This document shows, piece after piece, positions 1 through 8,762 of a stretch of DNA of 64,000 bases. A program made the translations under genes and the position numbers. Within the stretch, counting starts at the first letter, position 1. Each line of letters begins with the position of its first letter. The stretch is from contig CAYLMU010000002.1 of assembly GCA_964385105.1 (NCBI GenBank), forward strand, positions 250,583 to 314,582, given 5' to 3'. The DNA is from an uncultured Candidatus Saccharibacteria bacterium (GTDB lineage: Bacteria > Patescibacteriota > WWE3 > UBA101185 > UBA10185). The notes under the pieces were generated by a model. That model was not told where the DNA came from, made no database searches, and was given only the letters and a program-made list of their open reading frames with translations.

Positions 1-1
1 T

Positions 2-277
2 TGGTTAAGGATAAATGAGCAGACTACTCAGCAAGATGTTTTGGCTATGTGGGATGATGTAGAGAAAGCAAAGGAGGTACTAAGAACTGATTGGGTGTAT
101 CCCAAGATTAGCGAAAGGGATTTAGAGATATACCTAAGAAATGAATTTGGAGATGAGAAATATGAGCAGATTGTTATGGATGAGAACTTTATTGCCAAAT
201 ATGACGATTTGGATAATGTGCAACTAACCAGAATAAAGTATGAAACAAATGAAAAACTTAAAAAATACCCTAAATAA
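2..277 (+). CDS. Hypothetical protein, 5'-partial
   Basis: Frame of ORF 41..277 is open back to base 2 (WLRINEQTTQQDVLAMWDD...). Confidence 0.6.
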   Translation, partial: WLRINEQTTQQDVLAMWDDVEKAKEVLRTDWVYPKISERDLEIYLRNEFGDEKYEQIVMDENFIAKYDDLDNVQLTRIKYETNEKLKKYPK

Positions 278-332
278 TCCCGACCATTAGTGTGATTTTT
301 CAACCTATATTAAATGTTACCGTAAAGATGTT

Positions 333-596
333 ATGGGTAACATTGATATTAACTACAAATCAACAGACCTTTACGAGTCGGCATTTTTTATTGCAGTAGG
401 ACTTGAACTATCGGACCTTGATAGAGACAAGAGTCCTAATGTTTTTATATTTTCCTCAGATGAAATAGACCTCAACGAATTGGCTCAAGATTATTGGAGT
501 TATAAGGGAGAGGTGTGCCCCAAAAAATATGCGGATGCAATAAGAAGTCTTAAAAGCACTGTGTTTGCTGGTCAGAGAAAGCCAAATAAAAACTAA
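333..596 (+). CDS. DUF5659-like small protein
   Basis: Pattern STDLYESAFFIAVG...FIFS...DYW...VCPKKY...IRSLK recalls this family of mobile-element proteins. Confidence 0.6.
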   Translation: MGNIDINYKSTDLYESAFFIAVGLELSDLDRDKSPNVFIFSSDEIDLNELAQDYWSYKGEVCPKKYADAIRSLKSTVFAGQRKPNKN

Positions 597-821
597 TTTG
601 GAGGTTCTTTACTGCTCGTTAGGTAGTAAAGAGTTTCTAAAACTCTAGAGCAGGGGCTGTGTAGTGTCTAGTCCACCGACAAGGGTCTCAACGAATAGAA
701 GGACTTTTAACTACACCCAACTCATTCATACCTGAAAGTACTGATGACCTGAGCAGCATCTCAGGAGAGGGGTAACTATCAGGGAGAATAGATTGGGGAA
801 CTGGGGTTCGGGGGGCATTTT

Positions 822-1016
822 ATGAGTCGACAAGTAACTAAAAAAAGTACATTTCAAATACGCTTAGACTTCGGATGGTGGAAAATACTGTCTCAGCTTA
901 AAACTGACTCAGGAGAGTCATTTAGGAGTCTTGTAGAGTACGCTTTGGCAGAGACATACACTGGGATTTCGAAGTCTGAGTTAGAGGTAGTTTTCAAGGA
1001 GATGAAAAATGCTTAG
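822..1016 (+). CDS. Ribbon-helix-helix-like DNA-binding protein
   Basis: Beta strand STFQIRLD followed by two helices (ILSQLKTDSGESFRSLVEYAL). Confidence 0.55.
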   Translation: MSRQVTKKSTFQIRLDFGWWKILSQLKTDSGESFRSLVEYALAETYTGISKSELEVVFKEMKNA

Positions 1017-1185
1017 TAAGGAAACTTTGAATGAACTAAGACTAATTCTCCTAGAGGAGTTCAATTATGAGATGAGTGACTCTGATTTAGAAAACTTTGC
1101 CAAAAGACTTATTGGGCTTTTTGAAATGTTGATGAGACTCGAGTCCGAATATAAGGTTCGAAAGGTGTCTAGCACGCCTTCTTGA
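1009..1185 (+). CDS. 58-aa helical protein upstream of the recombinase (not in ORF track)
   Basis: AAGGAG at 996-1001, ATG at 1009 overlapping the previous gene end, MLSKETLNELRLILLEEFNYEMSDSDLENFAKRLIGLFEMLMRL..., TGA at 1183-1185. Confidence 0.7.
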   Translation: MLSKETLNELRLILLEEFNYEMSDSDLENFAKRLIGLFEMLMRLESEYKVRKVSSTPS

Positions 1186-1225
1186 GAACAATTTGCATTA
1201 AATTAAACTTAAAGAAAGAAATAAA

Positions 1226-2803
1226 ATGAAAAATAAAAAAGCAGTATTATTTATTAGAGTATCAACGAAAGAACAAGCCGATGAGGGTAGTAGTCTTGAT
1301 GCTCAAAAAAGATTATTAAAAGATTATTCCGATAGAAAGAACTTAATCAAAAGTAAGATGGTTGAGGTATCAGAAAGTGCTAGAGGTAAGCAGGAAAGAA
1401 AAGCATTTAATGAATTGATAGAATACTTATACAGCCATCCAGATGTAAAAGATTTGATTTGCGAGAAGGTAGATAGGATTACTCGAAACTTCAAGGATGC
1501 AATCAAACTAAACGACTGGTTGGATGCTGATGAGGAGCGAAGGATTCACTTTGTTAAACAAAGTTTGATAATCCATAAAAACTCAACATCAAATGACAAG
1601 TTCCAATGGGACATTTACTTAGTTATGGCAAGACAATATAGTAACAACCTATCAGAGGAATCCAAGAAGGGTTTATATGAGCGTGCTACTCAGGGTTATT
1701 ATCCAGGAAATCAAAAGCGTGGTTACAAAACAATTGGAGAAGTCGGTAGGAAATCTTGGGTCATTGATGAGGATACAAAGGAACACAGGTCCATTAAAAA
1801 AGCATTTGAACTTTATGATACGGGTAACTTTACCTTAAGAACACTTTCATTAGAAATGGGAGAAAGAGGTTGGAAAGATTCCAAAGGTAAAAACATTTCA
1901 ACAAGTACTCTGCATAAACTTTTAAGTGACTGCTTTTATTGTGGTGAATTTACATTTGGTGGAAACCACTATCCTGATGGCAAACACGAGGCACTTATCT
2001 CACCAGAATTGTTTTATAGGGTTCAAGATAGACTAAACAGAAAAAACAAAGCGGGTAAGTTTAAGAAACATAGCTTTATTTTTGGCGGAGGGTTACTACA
2101 ATGTGGCGAATGTGGGCGAACAATTACTGCCGAGGAACAGAAAAAACACCACTACTATCATTGCACAAGGCACGAAACCGATTGTACACAAACAGAGTAT
2201 GTAAGAGAGGAACTAATAGAAAAACTTCTTACAACATTACTAGAGGGACTAAATGTTAGGAATAGTAAATTAAGTGAATGGATTAAGAAAGCTATCAAAG
2301 AAAATCACAAAGAGGAAGTCGAATACCACACAAGCACCATAACGCACCTAGATGCCGAATATAAGCGTGTACAAGACCGTCTAGATACTGCCTACGATGA
2401 TAAAGTAGATGGATTGATTAGCAAGGAACAGTATGAATCTGCAAGAGACAGGTATGAGAAACAATTGAAAGAAATTGTGGAGGCTAAAGCCAAACATACC
2501 GATTCCAATATAGATTATCTAAGGTTTGGAATGAACATTTTCGAATTGTCTCAAAAAGCAGCACAATTATACGAAAAGAAAGCTACACAAGATGATAAAA
2601 GACAACTACTTAGTTTTATATTTTCGAACCTAGAATTGAAAGATGGAAACATTGTACCTACCTATCATAATGGGTTTCAATTGGTTGCCAATCGGGCTAA
2701 AAGTGGTAATTGGCTGGGGGACAGGGATTCGAACCCCAATTTTCGGGACCAAAACCCGACGTGCTACCCTTACACCATCCCCCATCATCTTAAACCATGG
2801 TAA
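1226..2803 (+). CDS. Large serine recombinase (resolvase + recombinase + zinc-ribbon/coiled-coil domains)
   Basis: IRVSTKEQ catalytic Ser motif, EKVDRITRN, CGECG...YYHC...C zinc ribbon, coiled coil; last 30 aa are antisense to tRNA-Gln and its 5' flank. Confidence 0.95.
   Translation: MKNKKAVLFIRVSTKEQADEGSSLDAQKRLLKDYSDRKNLIKSKMVEVSESARGKQERKAFNELIEYLYSHPDVKDLICEKVDRITRNFKDAIKLNDWLDADEERRIHFVKQSLIIHKNSTSNDKFQWDIYLVMARQYSNNLSEESKKGLYERATQGYYPGNQKRGYKTIGEVGRKSWVIDEDTKEHRSIKKAFELYDTGNFTLRTLSLEMGERGWKDSKGKNISTSTLHKLLSDCFYCGEFTFGGNHYPDGKHEALISPELFYRVQDRLNRKNKAGKFKKHSFIFGGGLLQCGECGRTITAEEQKKHHYYHCTRHETDCTQTEYVREELIEKLLTTLLEGLNVRNSKLSEWIKKAIKENHKEEVEYHTSTITHLDAEYKRVQDRLDTAYDDKVDGLISKEQYESARDRYEKQLKEIVEAKAKHTDSNIDYLRFGMNIFELSQKAAQLYEKKATQDDKRQLLSFIFSNLELKDGNIVPTYHNGFQLVANRAKSGNWLGDRDSNPNFRDQNPTCYPYTIPHHLKPW
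2711..2784 (-). tRNA. tRNA-Gln(TTG)
   Basis: Acceptor TGGGGGA/TCCCCCA, anticodon arm TCGGG-TT TTG GT-CCCGA, T-loop TTCGAAT, encoded CCA. Confidence 0.95.
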
Positions 2804-2841
2804 ATTATAGCAGAGTATATCAGTTTTATTAAAAGAAGTTT

Positions 2842-2888
2842 AAAAAAAATCCCTGAGCCTTTTCAAATTTACTTGAATTGGCTCAGGG
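2842..2888 (-). terminator. Intrinsic terminator of the 2905..3315 gene
   Basis: CCCTGAGCC/GGCTCAGGG stem followed by a U-run on the minus strand. Confidence 0.7.
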
Positions 2889-2904
2889 CTTGATATCCAA
2901 TAAA

Positions 2905-3315
2905 CTATATGTGATCAGTAACTGCATTAAGCAATACGAAATAAAGCATTGCTATTACAGTTGACACTGCAGTTACTGGCAAATAGTAATGCCAACTTAG
3001 CACTTCCTCTAGGGAGGAGACACCGAGATAATCGCTGTAAAGTGCACTACCACCCACAAAAAATATCAGTGTTAGAGCGATAAAATGCAACACAGTTTTG
3101 TCAGTAAAACCACGTATAGACAAAACCACAGCAAGCGATAATAAGCCCATATAGCAGGATAGCATCAAAACATCAGTTACTACGTAAAATGCTGGTGCAA
3201 AAGCGGTGTACGCCACTTTAAATAGCACAGGAGTAACTATACTGTACAGCACTCCGTACAGCACTGCCGTCACTGCAACAACAACTACTCGCCGGGGTAA
3301 TCTTTTTGAAATCAT
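2905..3315 (-). CDS. Hypothetical membrane protein (about 4 TM)
   Basis: Hydrophobic segments; AAGGAG SD, own TATAAT and own terminator. Confidence 0.7.
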   Translation of the reverse strand: MISKRLPRRVVVVAVTAVLYGVLYSIVTPVLFKVAYTAFAPAFYVVTDVLMLSCYMGLLSLAVVLSIRGFTDKTVLHFIALTLIFFVGGSALYSDYLGVSSLEEVLSWHYYLPVTAVSTVIAMLYFVLLNAVTDHI

Positions 3316-3463
3316 CCAAGTCCTCTCCTTTATTTAACGATATCGTACTGTATTATATCACATACTATAGGTTCAAATCACGTGTATTTTAAATAAGAAC
3401 CTTATATGTAACTAAACTAGACTTAGCATATTTTCGCATTTTCTTCGTGTTATAATTCAGTTC

Positions 3464-4546
3464 ATGAAAACAGGAATTGCCAACTTACCATTACACGGCG
3501 GACAGGCTCCACCTTGGCTTTTTAAAAAAATGACAGACCTGTCACGTGAAATAACCATTTATATCGTAGAAAACTACGGTTCTGATGAATTTTTAAATAG
3601 AGTTTCAAACCCAATCTGGTTTCAATCCTTAGGAAGTGTTTTAGGTTTTGACTGGCATAGCAGTGGACTCACAACTACCACTACCGCAGCTTTAAAAGAA
3701 GGAATAGAAGGAATGGAACACGAGCTTGGTATTTATATTTGCGGCGGAAAAGGAAAAACTGCAGTTAACACACCAAAAGAAATAGCAAATCATGCACCGC
3801 AAAATACAAATGCCTTAATTAAAGCTTCAAAATTAAGTGCAAAAGTAGACAATACGGCACTACAAGACGGATATAATTTATATCACCATGCTTTTTTCTT
3901 TAATAACAAAGGTAAATGGGCTGTTGTTCAACAGGGAATGAACGAACAAACAAAATATGCCCGAAGGTACCATTGGCTTTCTGATAACGTTAAGAGTTTT
4001 GTAGAAGAACCGCATGACGCTGTAGTGGGAGTAAAAGAAAAAAATACGCTAAACTTAGTCCACAAGAAAAGTAAAAAGTCACGAAAATCAATTGTTGAAG
4101 TTGCACAAGAAAACCCTGACAACACATTAAAGTTATGGAACAAAATAGTTGAACTCAACCTTCCTGCCAGACATGAAATTAAAGTTTCAGACTTACAGCC
4201 ACGCTTTTTAAAAAAAGTGCTTGTTCATACTTATGAAAATAAAACAAGTGATTTTGAAGACTTACTGGGAGTTGACGGTTTAGGCCCTAAAACTTTGCGC
4301 GCACTCACACTATTAGCTGAAGTAGCAACAGGAGCTCAGCCCTCATTTGAAGATCCGGTACAATATTCATTCGCCCATGGAGGAAAAGATGGTATCCCCT
4401 ACCCTGTTGACCGCAGAAACTATGACCATTCTATAAATTTTATGAAAAATGTAATTAATGGTGCAAAAATAGGTGTTAATGACAAAAGTGATGCATTAAA
4501 ACAATTGTACTTTTTTGAACAGGATGCAATTAGCACGACTAACTAG
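3464..4546 (+). CDS. DUF763 family protein
   Basis: ANLPLHGG..P.WLF, LGFDWHSSGLTTT, LQDGY.LYHH, ARRYHW, FAHGGKDG.PYPVD. Confidence 0.9.
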   Translation: MKTGIANLPLHGGQAPPWLFKKMTDLSREITIYIVENYGSDEFLNRVSNPIWFQSLGSVLGFDWHSSGLTTTTTAALKEGIEGMEHELGIYICGGKGKTAVNTPKEIANHAPQNTNALIKASKLSAKVDNTALQDGYNLYHHAFFFNNKGKWAVVQQGMNEQTKYARRYHWLSDNVKSFVEEPHDAVVGVKEKNTLNLVHKKSKKSRKSIVEVAQENPDNTLKLWNKIVELNLPARHEIKVSDLQPRFLKKVLVHTYENKTSDFEDLLGVDGLGPKTLRALTLLAEVATGAQPSFEDPVQYSFAHGGKDGIPYPVDRRNYDHSINFMKNVINGAKIGVNDKSDALKQLYFFEQDAISTTN

Positions 4547-4560
4547 TACAATAACAAGGC

Positions 4561-5265
4561 ATGTTAATAAAACCTTCAAAGCAGCAGGCTACGCTAAAAT
4601 CAAAAAAATGGATAAGCTCTAAAGTTTTAGAAGTGACCTTTATCCCAAATTCAAAATTTAAATTTTTGCCCGGGCATTTTATAAATTTGAATATTCCGGA
4701 GGTTGCATATAGATCTTATTCAATTAGCTCAGACCCAAAAAACAAAAATGAGTTTCAAATTATTGTGTCTGCAAAACATAAAGGGCCTGGTGCCAATTAT
4801 CTTCGAAATTTAGAATCTGGTGAAACAGTAAATTTTATAGGTCCTTCGGGAAAATTTTTGTTTTCAAGCCAAAAGTCAAAAAACATTGTATTTCTTGCAA
4901 CAGGAACAGGAATTGCCCCTTTTCTTACTATGCTATATAACCTTAAACACACTAAAGCTAAATCCAAAATACATTTATACTGGGGTCTTAGAGACGAATC
5001 CGAAATTTTTTACATTGAACTACTAAATAACTTTAAAACAACTTTAAATTTTGATTATACAATTTGTCTTTCTAAACCAAGCAAAAAATGGCAAGAGCAT
5101 ACCGGAAGAATTACAAATCATTATGAGGTGTCATATCCTCGCACTGTGCATGTTTATTTATGCGGAAATCCAAGCATGGTTGATGAACTATTGCCAAAAC
5201 TTATAGACCAAGGCGTTAAACCTGAAAATATTTTTTATGAAAAATTCACACATTCAGAAAACTAA
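4561..5265 (+). CDS. Ferredoxin-NADP reductase-like FAD/NAD(P) oxidoreductase
   Basis: RSYSISS, GPSG.F, ATGTGIAPF, YLCGNP.M, C-terminal EKF. Confidence 0.9.
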   Translation: MLIKPSKQQATLKSKKWISSKVLEVTFIPNSKFKFLPGHFINLNIPEVAYRSYSISSDPKNKNEFQIIVSAKHKGPGANYLRNLESGETVNFIGPSGKFLFSSQKSKNIVFLATGTGIAPFLTMLYNLKHTKAKSKIHLYWGLRDESEIFYIELLNNFKTTLNFDYTICLSKPSKKWQEHTGRITNHYEVSYPRTVHVYLCGNPSMVDELLPKLIDQGVKPENIFYEKFTHSEN

Positions 5266-5335
5266 GTTTAGTGTTAAATAATGCTCATTAAATTAATGCT
5301 AAATACCGGGTACTATGTTAAAATATGTAAGCTTA

Positions 5336-5412
5336 GGGCGATTAGCTCAGCTGGTTAGAGCACTCGGCTTACATCCGAGAGGTCGTAGGTTCGAACCCTA
5401 CATCGCCCACCA
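5336..5412 (+). tRNA. tRNA-Val(TAC)
   Basis: GGGCGAT/ATCGCCC acceptor, CTCGG-CT TAC AT-CCGAG, TTCGAAC, CCA. Confidence 0.95.
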
Positions 5413-5417
5413 GTACC

Positions 5418-6302
5418 ATGAAAAAAATTACAGCCATCTCATCACTTCTTGGAATAACTTTAGCCTTAATCGTTCTCAATACAGCTATACAAAAATATAA
5501 AATATTGCAAAAGCCTCCTGAAAGTGGCGATGAGCAAATCACTTATGTAAAATCTAATTTTCAGCCATTTTATCAACCAGAAGAAATTACTCAATCAAAC
5601 ATTATAAATTCTCAAAATATTAGAGGTGAATATGGCTTATATATTAAAAATCTAGTCACAGATGAATTACACGAGTACAACGCAGACAAAAGTTTTTATG
5701 GAGCTTCCCTTTATAAAATTCCAGTGTTTGTTGGTGTAATGAAAGCAGTCGAAGAAGGTGCTATTACTTTAAATACTGTCATTGAATACAAAGAACAGGA
5801 TTTTAATGAAGGAACCGGGATAATTTATCATAGCGGTTATGGCACAAAGTACACGGTTGAGGAACTTTTAAGCTTACTCATGAAACATTCCGATAACACG
5901 GCTCAAGCCATGCTTATTCGCTCAATCCCATCAAAATATATGACACAAGACATTTATCCTAATGACTTAAACTTAGGCAATTTTATAAATCAAAATCAGG
6001 TAACTCCGCGTGAGGTTGGCAATTTGCTCGAACAAATATATGAACATACCATACTAAATAAAGATGATTCTAAATTGCTCTTAAAATTTATGAGTGAAAC
6101 AGAATTTGACGATAGAATAAACAGCGGCCTTGATGATTCAAGGCTTTTCTCGCATAAAATCGGTAACTGGGGAGAAAGCGGTACATGGCATGATTGCGGC
6201 ATAATTTTATACCCTGAGCCTATTGTTGTGTGTTTAATGAGTGAAAATACAACTTTTGAAGACTTTTTAAATGTAAGCTCACAAATAGGCTCTCAACTGT
6301 AA
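5418..6302 (+). CDS. Membrane-anchored serine hydrolase, class A beta-lactamase-like fold
   Basis: N-terminal TM; SxxK (SLYK), SDN and HKIG motifs. Confidence 0.85.
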   Translation: MKKITAISSLLGITLALIVLNTAIQKYKILQKPPESGDEQITYVKSNFQPFYQPEEITQSNIINSQNIRGEYGLYIKNLVTDELHEYNADKSFYGASLYKIPVFVGVMKAVEEGAITLNTVIEYKEQDFNEGTGIIYHSGYGTKYTVEELLSLLMKHSDNTAQAMLIRSIPSKYMTQDIYPNDLNLGNFINQNQVTPREVGNLLEQIYEHTILNKDDSKLLLKFMSETEFDDRINSGLDDSRLFSHKIGNWGESGTWHDCGIILYPEPIVVCLMSENTTFEDFLNVSSQIGSQL

Positions 6303-6304
6303 AC

Positions 6305-6673
6305 TTATTTTTTAGAATGAAGAGAAATACGATTTCCTTCTGAATCCATAAATGTTGCCATATAACCGATTTCCTCCGACACGAGTGTTTTTGAAATTAC
6401 AATTGAACCACCTGCTTCTTCAACTTTTTCAAGTATAGTATTTAAGTCTTCGTCAACATGAAAATATATCAAAACACCATCTGAACTTGGAGAATACCAC
6501 TCTCCGGCAACAAGAGCACCTGACATAACATATTCTTCTGTTGGAAACCAAGCCATTTCAGTTTCACCTGTTTTAATTTTTTTAAACTCATAGCCAAAAA
6601 TTTGTGAATAAAATTTCATGGCTCTATCTAACTTAATAACGGGAATTTCAAACCAACTGAGCATATTTTTCAT
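6305..6673 (-). CDS. VOC/glyoxalase family protein
   Basis: WFEIPV...RAMKFY, GVLIYF, F.DSEGNRISLH. Confidence 0.9.
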   Translation of the reverse strand: MKNMLSWFEIPVIKLDRAMKFYSQIFGYEFKKIKTGETEMAWFPTEEYVMSGALVAGEWYSPSSDGVLIYFHVDEDLNTILEKVEEAGGSIVISKTLVSEEIGYMATFMDSEGNRISLHSKK

Positions 6674-7029
6674 AGTTGCTCCTTAAATTTTATAGACAAA
6701 GAATTAACACAATGTCTGGTATTTTTTGGCGTGAAGCGCTCACCCTCAAAAACATGACCTAAATGACCGCCGCAGTTTGAACAAATTATTTCTGTTCTTA
6801 TGCCATCATCATCCAAAATACGCTTTACCGAACCTTCAAAATTGTCATCAAAACTTGGCCATCCGCACCCTGATTTAAATTTAGCTTCAGAAGTAAATAA
6901 TGGCTGATTACATTGCCTGCACACATATATCCCCTTTTTATAAAAACTGTCGTATTCACCCGTAAATGGTGGTTCTGTTGCTTTACCCTTGATAACACGC
7001 TCTTCTTCAGGTGTTAATTTGTTGTACAT
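6670..7029 (-). CDS. msrB: Peptide methionine-R-sulfoxide reductase
   Basis: TEPPFTG, CxxC, SGCGWPSF, HLGHVF, RHCVNS. Confidence 0.97.
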   Translation of the reverse strand: MYNKLTPEEERVIKGKATEPPFTGEYDSFYKKGIYVCRQCNQPLFTSEAKFKSGCGWPSFDDNFEGSVKRILDDDGIRTEIICSNCGGHLGHVFEGERFTPKNTRHCVNSLSIKFKEQL

Positions 7030-7056
7030 GACAATATATTACATTAATATATTACT

Positions 7057-8067
7057 GTGGCAAATGACACGTTAAACGTAAAAAAAGTTGGAATAATATA
7101 CAGCGATGTTAAGCGGGAGTATTTTCCTACCGAAGAGCAATATATTACCGAAAAAGATGCAGCTGAAGAAGCCAAACTTATAGCAAAAGAAATTGAGAAA
7201 CTTGGTATCGAAGTTGAGCTTTACCCCGGCAATGAAGATTTAGCCGAAAAAATTAAAAAAACCAAACCTGAAATGGTATTTAATCTTGTGGATTCAGTAA
7301 AAGGCAATGAGTATCTAACCTCAACAATCCCTGGAATTTTGGATATTATAGATATTCCGTATACAGGAGCAGGATTGTTGGGACTGGCACTTTGCTACAA
7401 CAAATTTTTAACCAGAAAATTACTCAGAAATGCAGGAATTCCGGTTGCAAATTTTCAACTTTTTAATACGGCATCCGACTCGCTTGATACTGAGTTAAGA
7501 TTTCCTCTTATTTCAAAATTAAACGAAATTCATGGCGCTGTTGAAATGACACAAGACGCTGTTTCAGAAAACGAAAAACATTTGCGTGAACGCATAAAGT
7601 ACCTAATATCTACTTATAACCAACCTGTCCTAGTCGAGGAATTTATTGCAGGACGTGAAATCACCGTTTTAATTTTAGAAGGTACGCATACAAAAACGTA
7701 TATGGCTGAAAAGGTATTTAACAAACCTGATGAAAAATATGTTTTTGCAACATTTGACGACCAATGGGGTGAATTTACTGCCGACAAATCTACCTGGCCT
7801 TATGTTTACCAAAAATTTGATGATGAAAAACTCAAAGATTTTTCTAAGAAGGCTTTTGAACTGACTCGAATGGCTGATTATGGAAAATTTGACGTAAGAC
7901 TTGATATTTCAGGAAGATTTTATTTCATAGACTCAAACGCCAATCCGGCATTTGGACCAAAAACCTTAAGCACTGCCGTAGGCCTCATAATTGAAGAACT
8001 CTACGGCGTGCCTTTTGCTGAGATTTTAACCAGACTCATTAGGAATACACTTTATTCAAACGAGTAA
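7057..8067 (+). CDS. D-alanine--D-alanine ligase-like ATP-grasp protein
   Basis: IPYTGAG, NKFLT, LVEEFIAGRE, GKFDVRLD, DSNANP. Confidence 0.75.
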   Translation: MANDTLNVKKVGIIYSDVKREYFPTEEQYITEKDAAEEAKLIAKEIEKLGIEVELYPGNEDLAEKIKKTKPEMVFNLVDSVKGNEYLTSTIPGILDIIDIPYTGAGLLGLALCYNKFLTRKLLRNAGIPVANFQLFNTASDSLDTELRFPLISKLNEIHGAVEMTQDAVSENEKHLRERIKYLISTYNQPVLVEEFIAGREITVLILEGTHTKTYMAEKVFNKPDEKYVFATFDDQWGEFTADKSTWPYVYQKFDDEKLKDFSKKAFELTRMADYGKFDVRLDISGRFYFIDSNANPAFGPKTLSTAVGLIIEELYGVPFAEILTRLIRNTLYSNE

Positions 8068-8081
8068 TCCGTTAGCAGTAC

Positions 8082-8624
8082 TTATTTCTCAAGCTTTTTC
8101 TCAAGCCCATCTGCTAATGCCCTAATTTCACTTACAGGCATTTGACTTAAGTGTCCGTATCCATTTTCCACAACCATTTTTGTTATCCTATGACCAATAT
8201 TTTGTGAAGTCGGATGCAATTTAGCAGTTATTGCATACAACCTTTTTATTTCTTTAACGGCACTGTCTTCTTTTGGCTGTGCAAGCAGTGTGTTTCTTAC
8301 TTTAGTCATTTCTTCTCTGCTTGGTCTTTTACCTTTAGGTGCATAACCTGCATTTGCCAAAGCTCTACCAATAGCAGATGTCTCACAGTTTTCAAGATGG
8401 CTGGTTGCGTTAACAACTCCCCCATGTCCTCGGGTTTCTTCGGCATAACCCGTAGCCCATGGTTTTTCTTCATCAAAATTTCTAAACAGGTAGGCTTTGA
8501 ATACCACCCTGTCGTCGTTATACTCCACCATTTCGGTTATAACTCTACCTTCTTTATACTGCTTGTGAAATTTTATAAGACGCTCTTCGACCGGTTCGTA
8601 ATCTTGTAGATTAAATTTAGTCAT
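8082..8624 (-). CDS. Phage-type putative single-strand annealing protein (Rad52/Sak-like)
   Basis: VEERL..F, ATGYAEE, N.TS.LENCETSAIGRALAN.G, SREEM pattern recalled from phage recombination proteins. Confidence 0.55.
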   Translation of the reverse strand: MTKFNLQDYEPVEERLIKFHKQYKEGRVITEMVEYNDDRVVFKAYLFRNFDEEKPWATGYAEETRGHGGVVNATSHLENCETSAIGRALANAGYAPKGKRPSREEMTKVRNTLLAQPKEDSAVKEIKRLYAITAKLHPTSQNIGHRITKMVVENGYGHLSQMPVSEIRALADGLEKKLEK

Positions 8625-8762
8625 GTTACCTCTACTTTCTAATTTTATTACTGTATTTTACTAATTCGGGTCTTTTTCGGGTATGATTATATCATATATT
8701 ATGAAATGTCAAAATGGTTAATATGTTGTCATATAAGCATTTTTAAAAGAATGTAAACAGTT

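Larger units (their letters stand above)
1..2710. mobile_element. Right part of an integrative element inserted at the 3' end of tRNA-Gln; extends beyond window start
   Basis: Large serine recombinase running into the tRNA CCA end, preceded by small DNA-binding-type ORFs; distal att site is outside the window. Confidence 0.8.

Noticed and set aside
28-303. Minus-strand ORF, and the many similar antisense or nested ORFs in the track (e.g. 1324, 3928, 8214, 19210, 25040, 55792, 63263)
   Set aside because: Shadows of well-supported genes, with no motifs or translation signals
741-775. CTGATGA followed by a hairpin, resembling a hammerhead ribozyme core
   Set aside because: Stem II is followed by AGAG, not the required GAAA, and I could not build stems I and III
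3364-3371. Another ACTATAGG upstream of orphan gene 2905..3315
   Set aside because: Opposite orientation relative to the gene, different spacing to TATAAT and no GTTCGA...CCA; probably chance
5315-5500. ORFs spanning tRNA genes (also 29687..29875, 34427..34687, 59512..59757, and the 5' extension of 32561..33343)
   Set aside because: Chance open frames through tRNA sequence; unlike the recombinases and the HTH protein they have no protein domain of their own
5418-6302. Antibiotic-resistance beta-lactamase
   Set aside because: Fold motifs are present, but it is membrane-anchored and the omega-loop region carrying Glu166 looks shortened; resistance activity cannot be claimed
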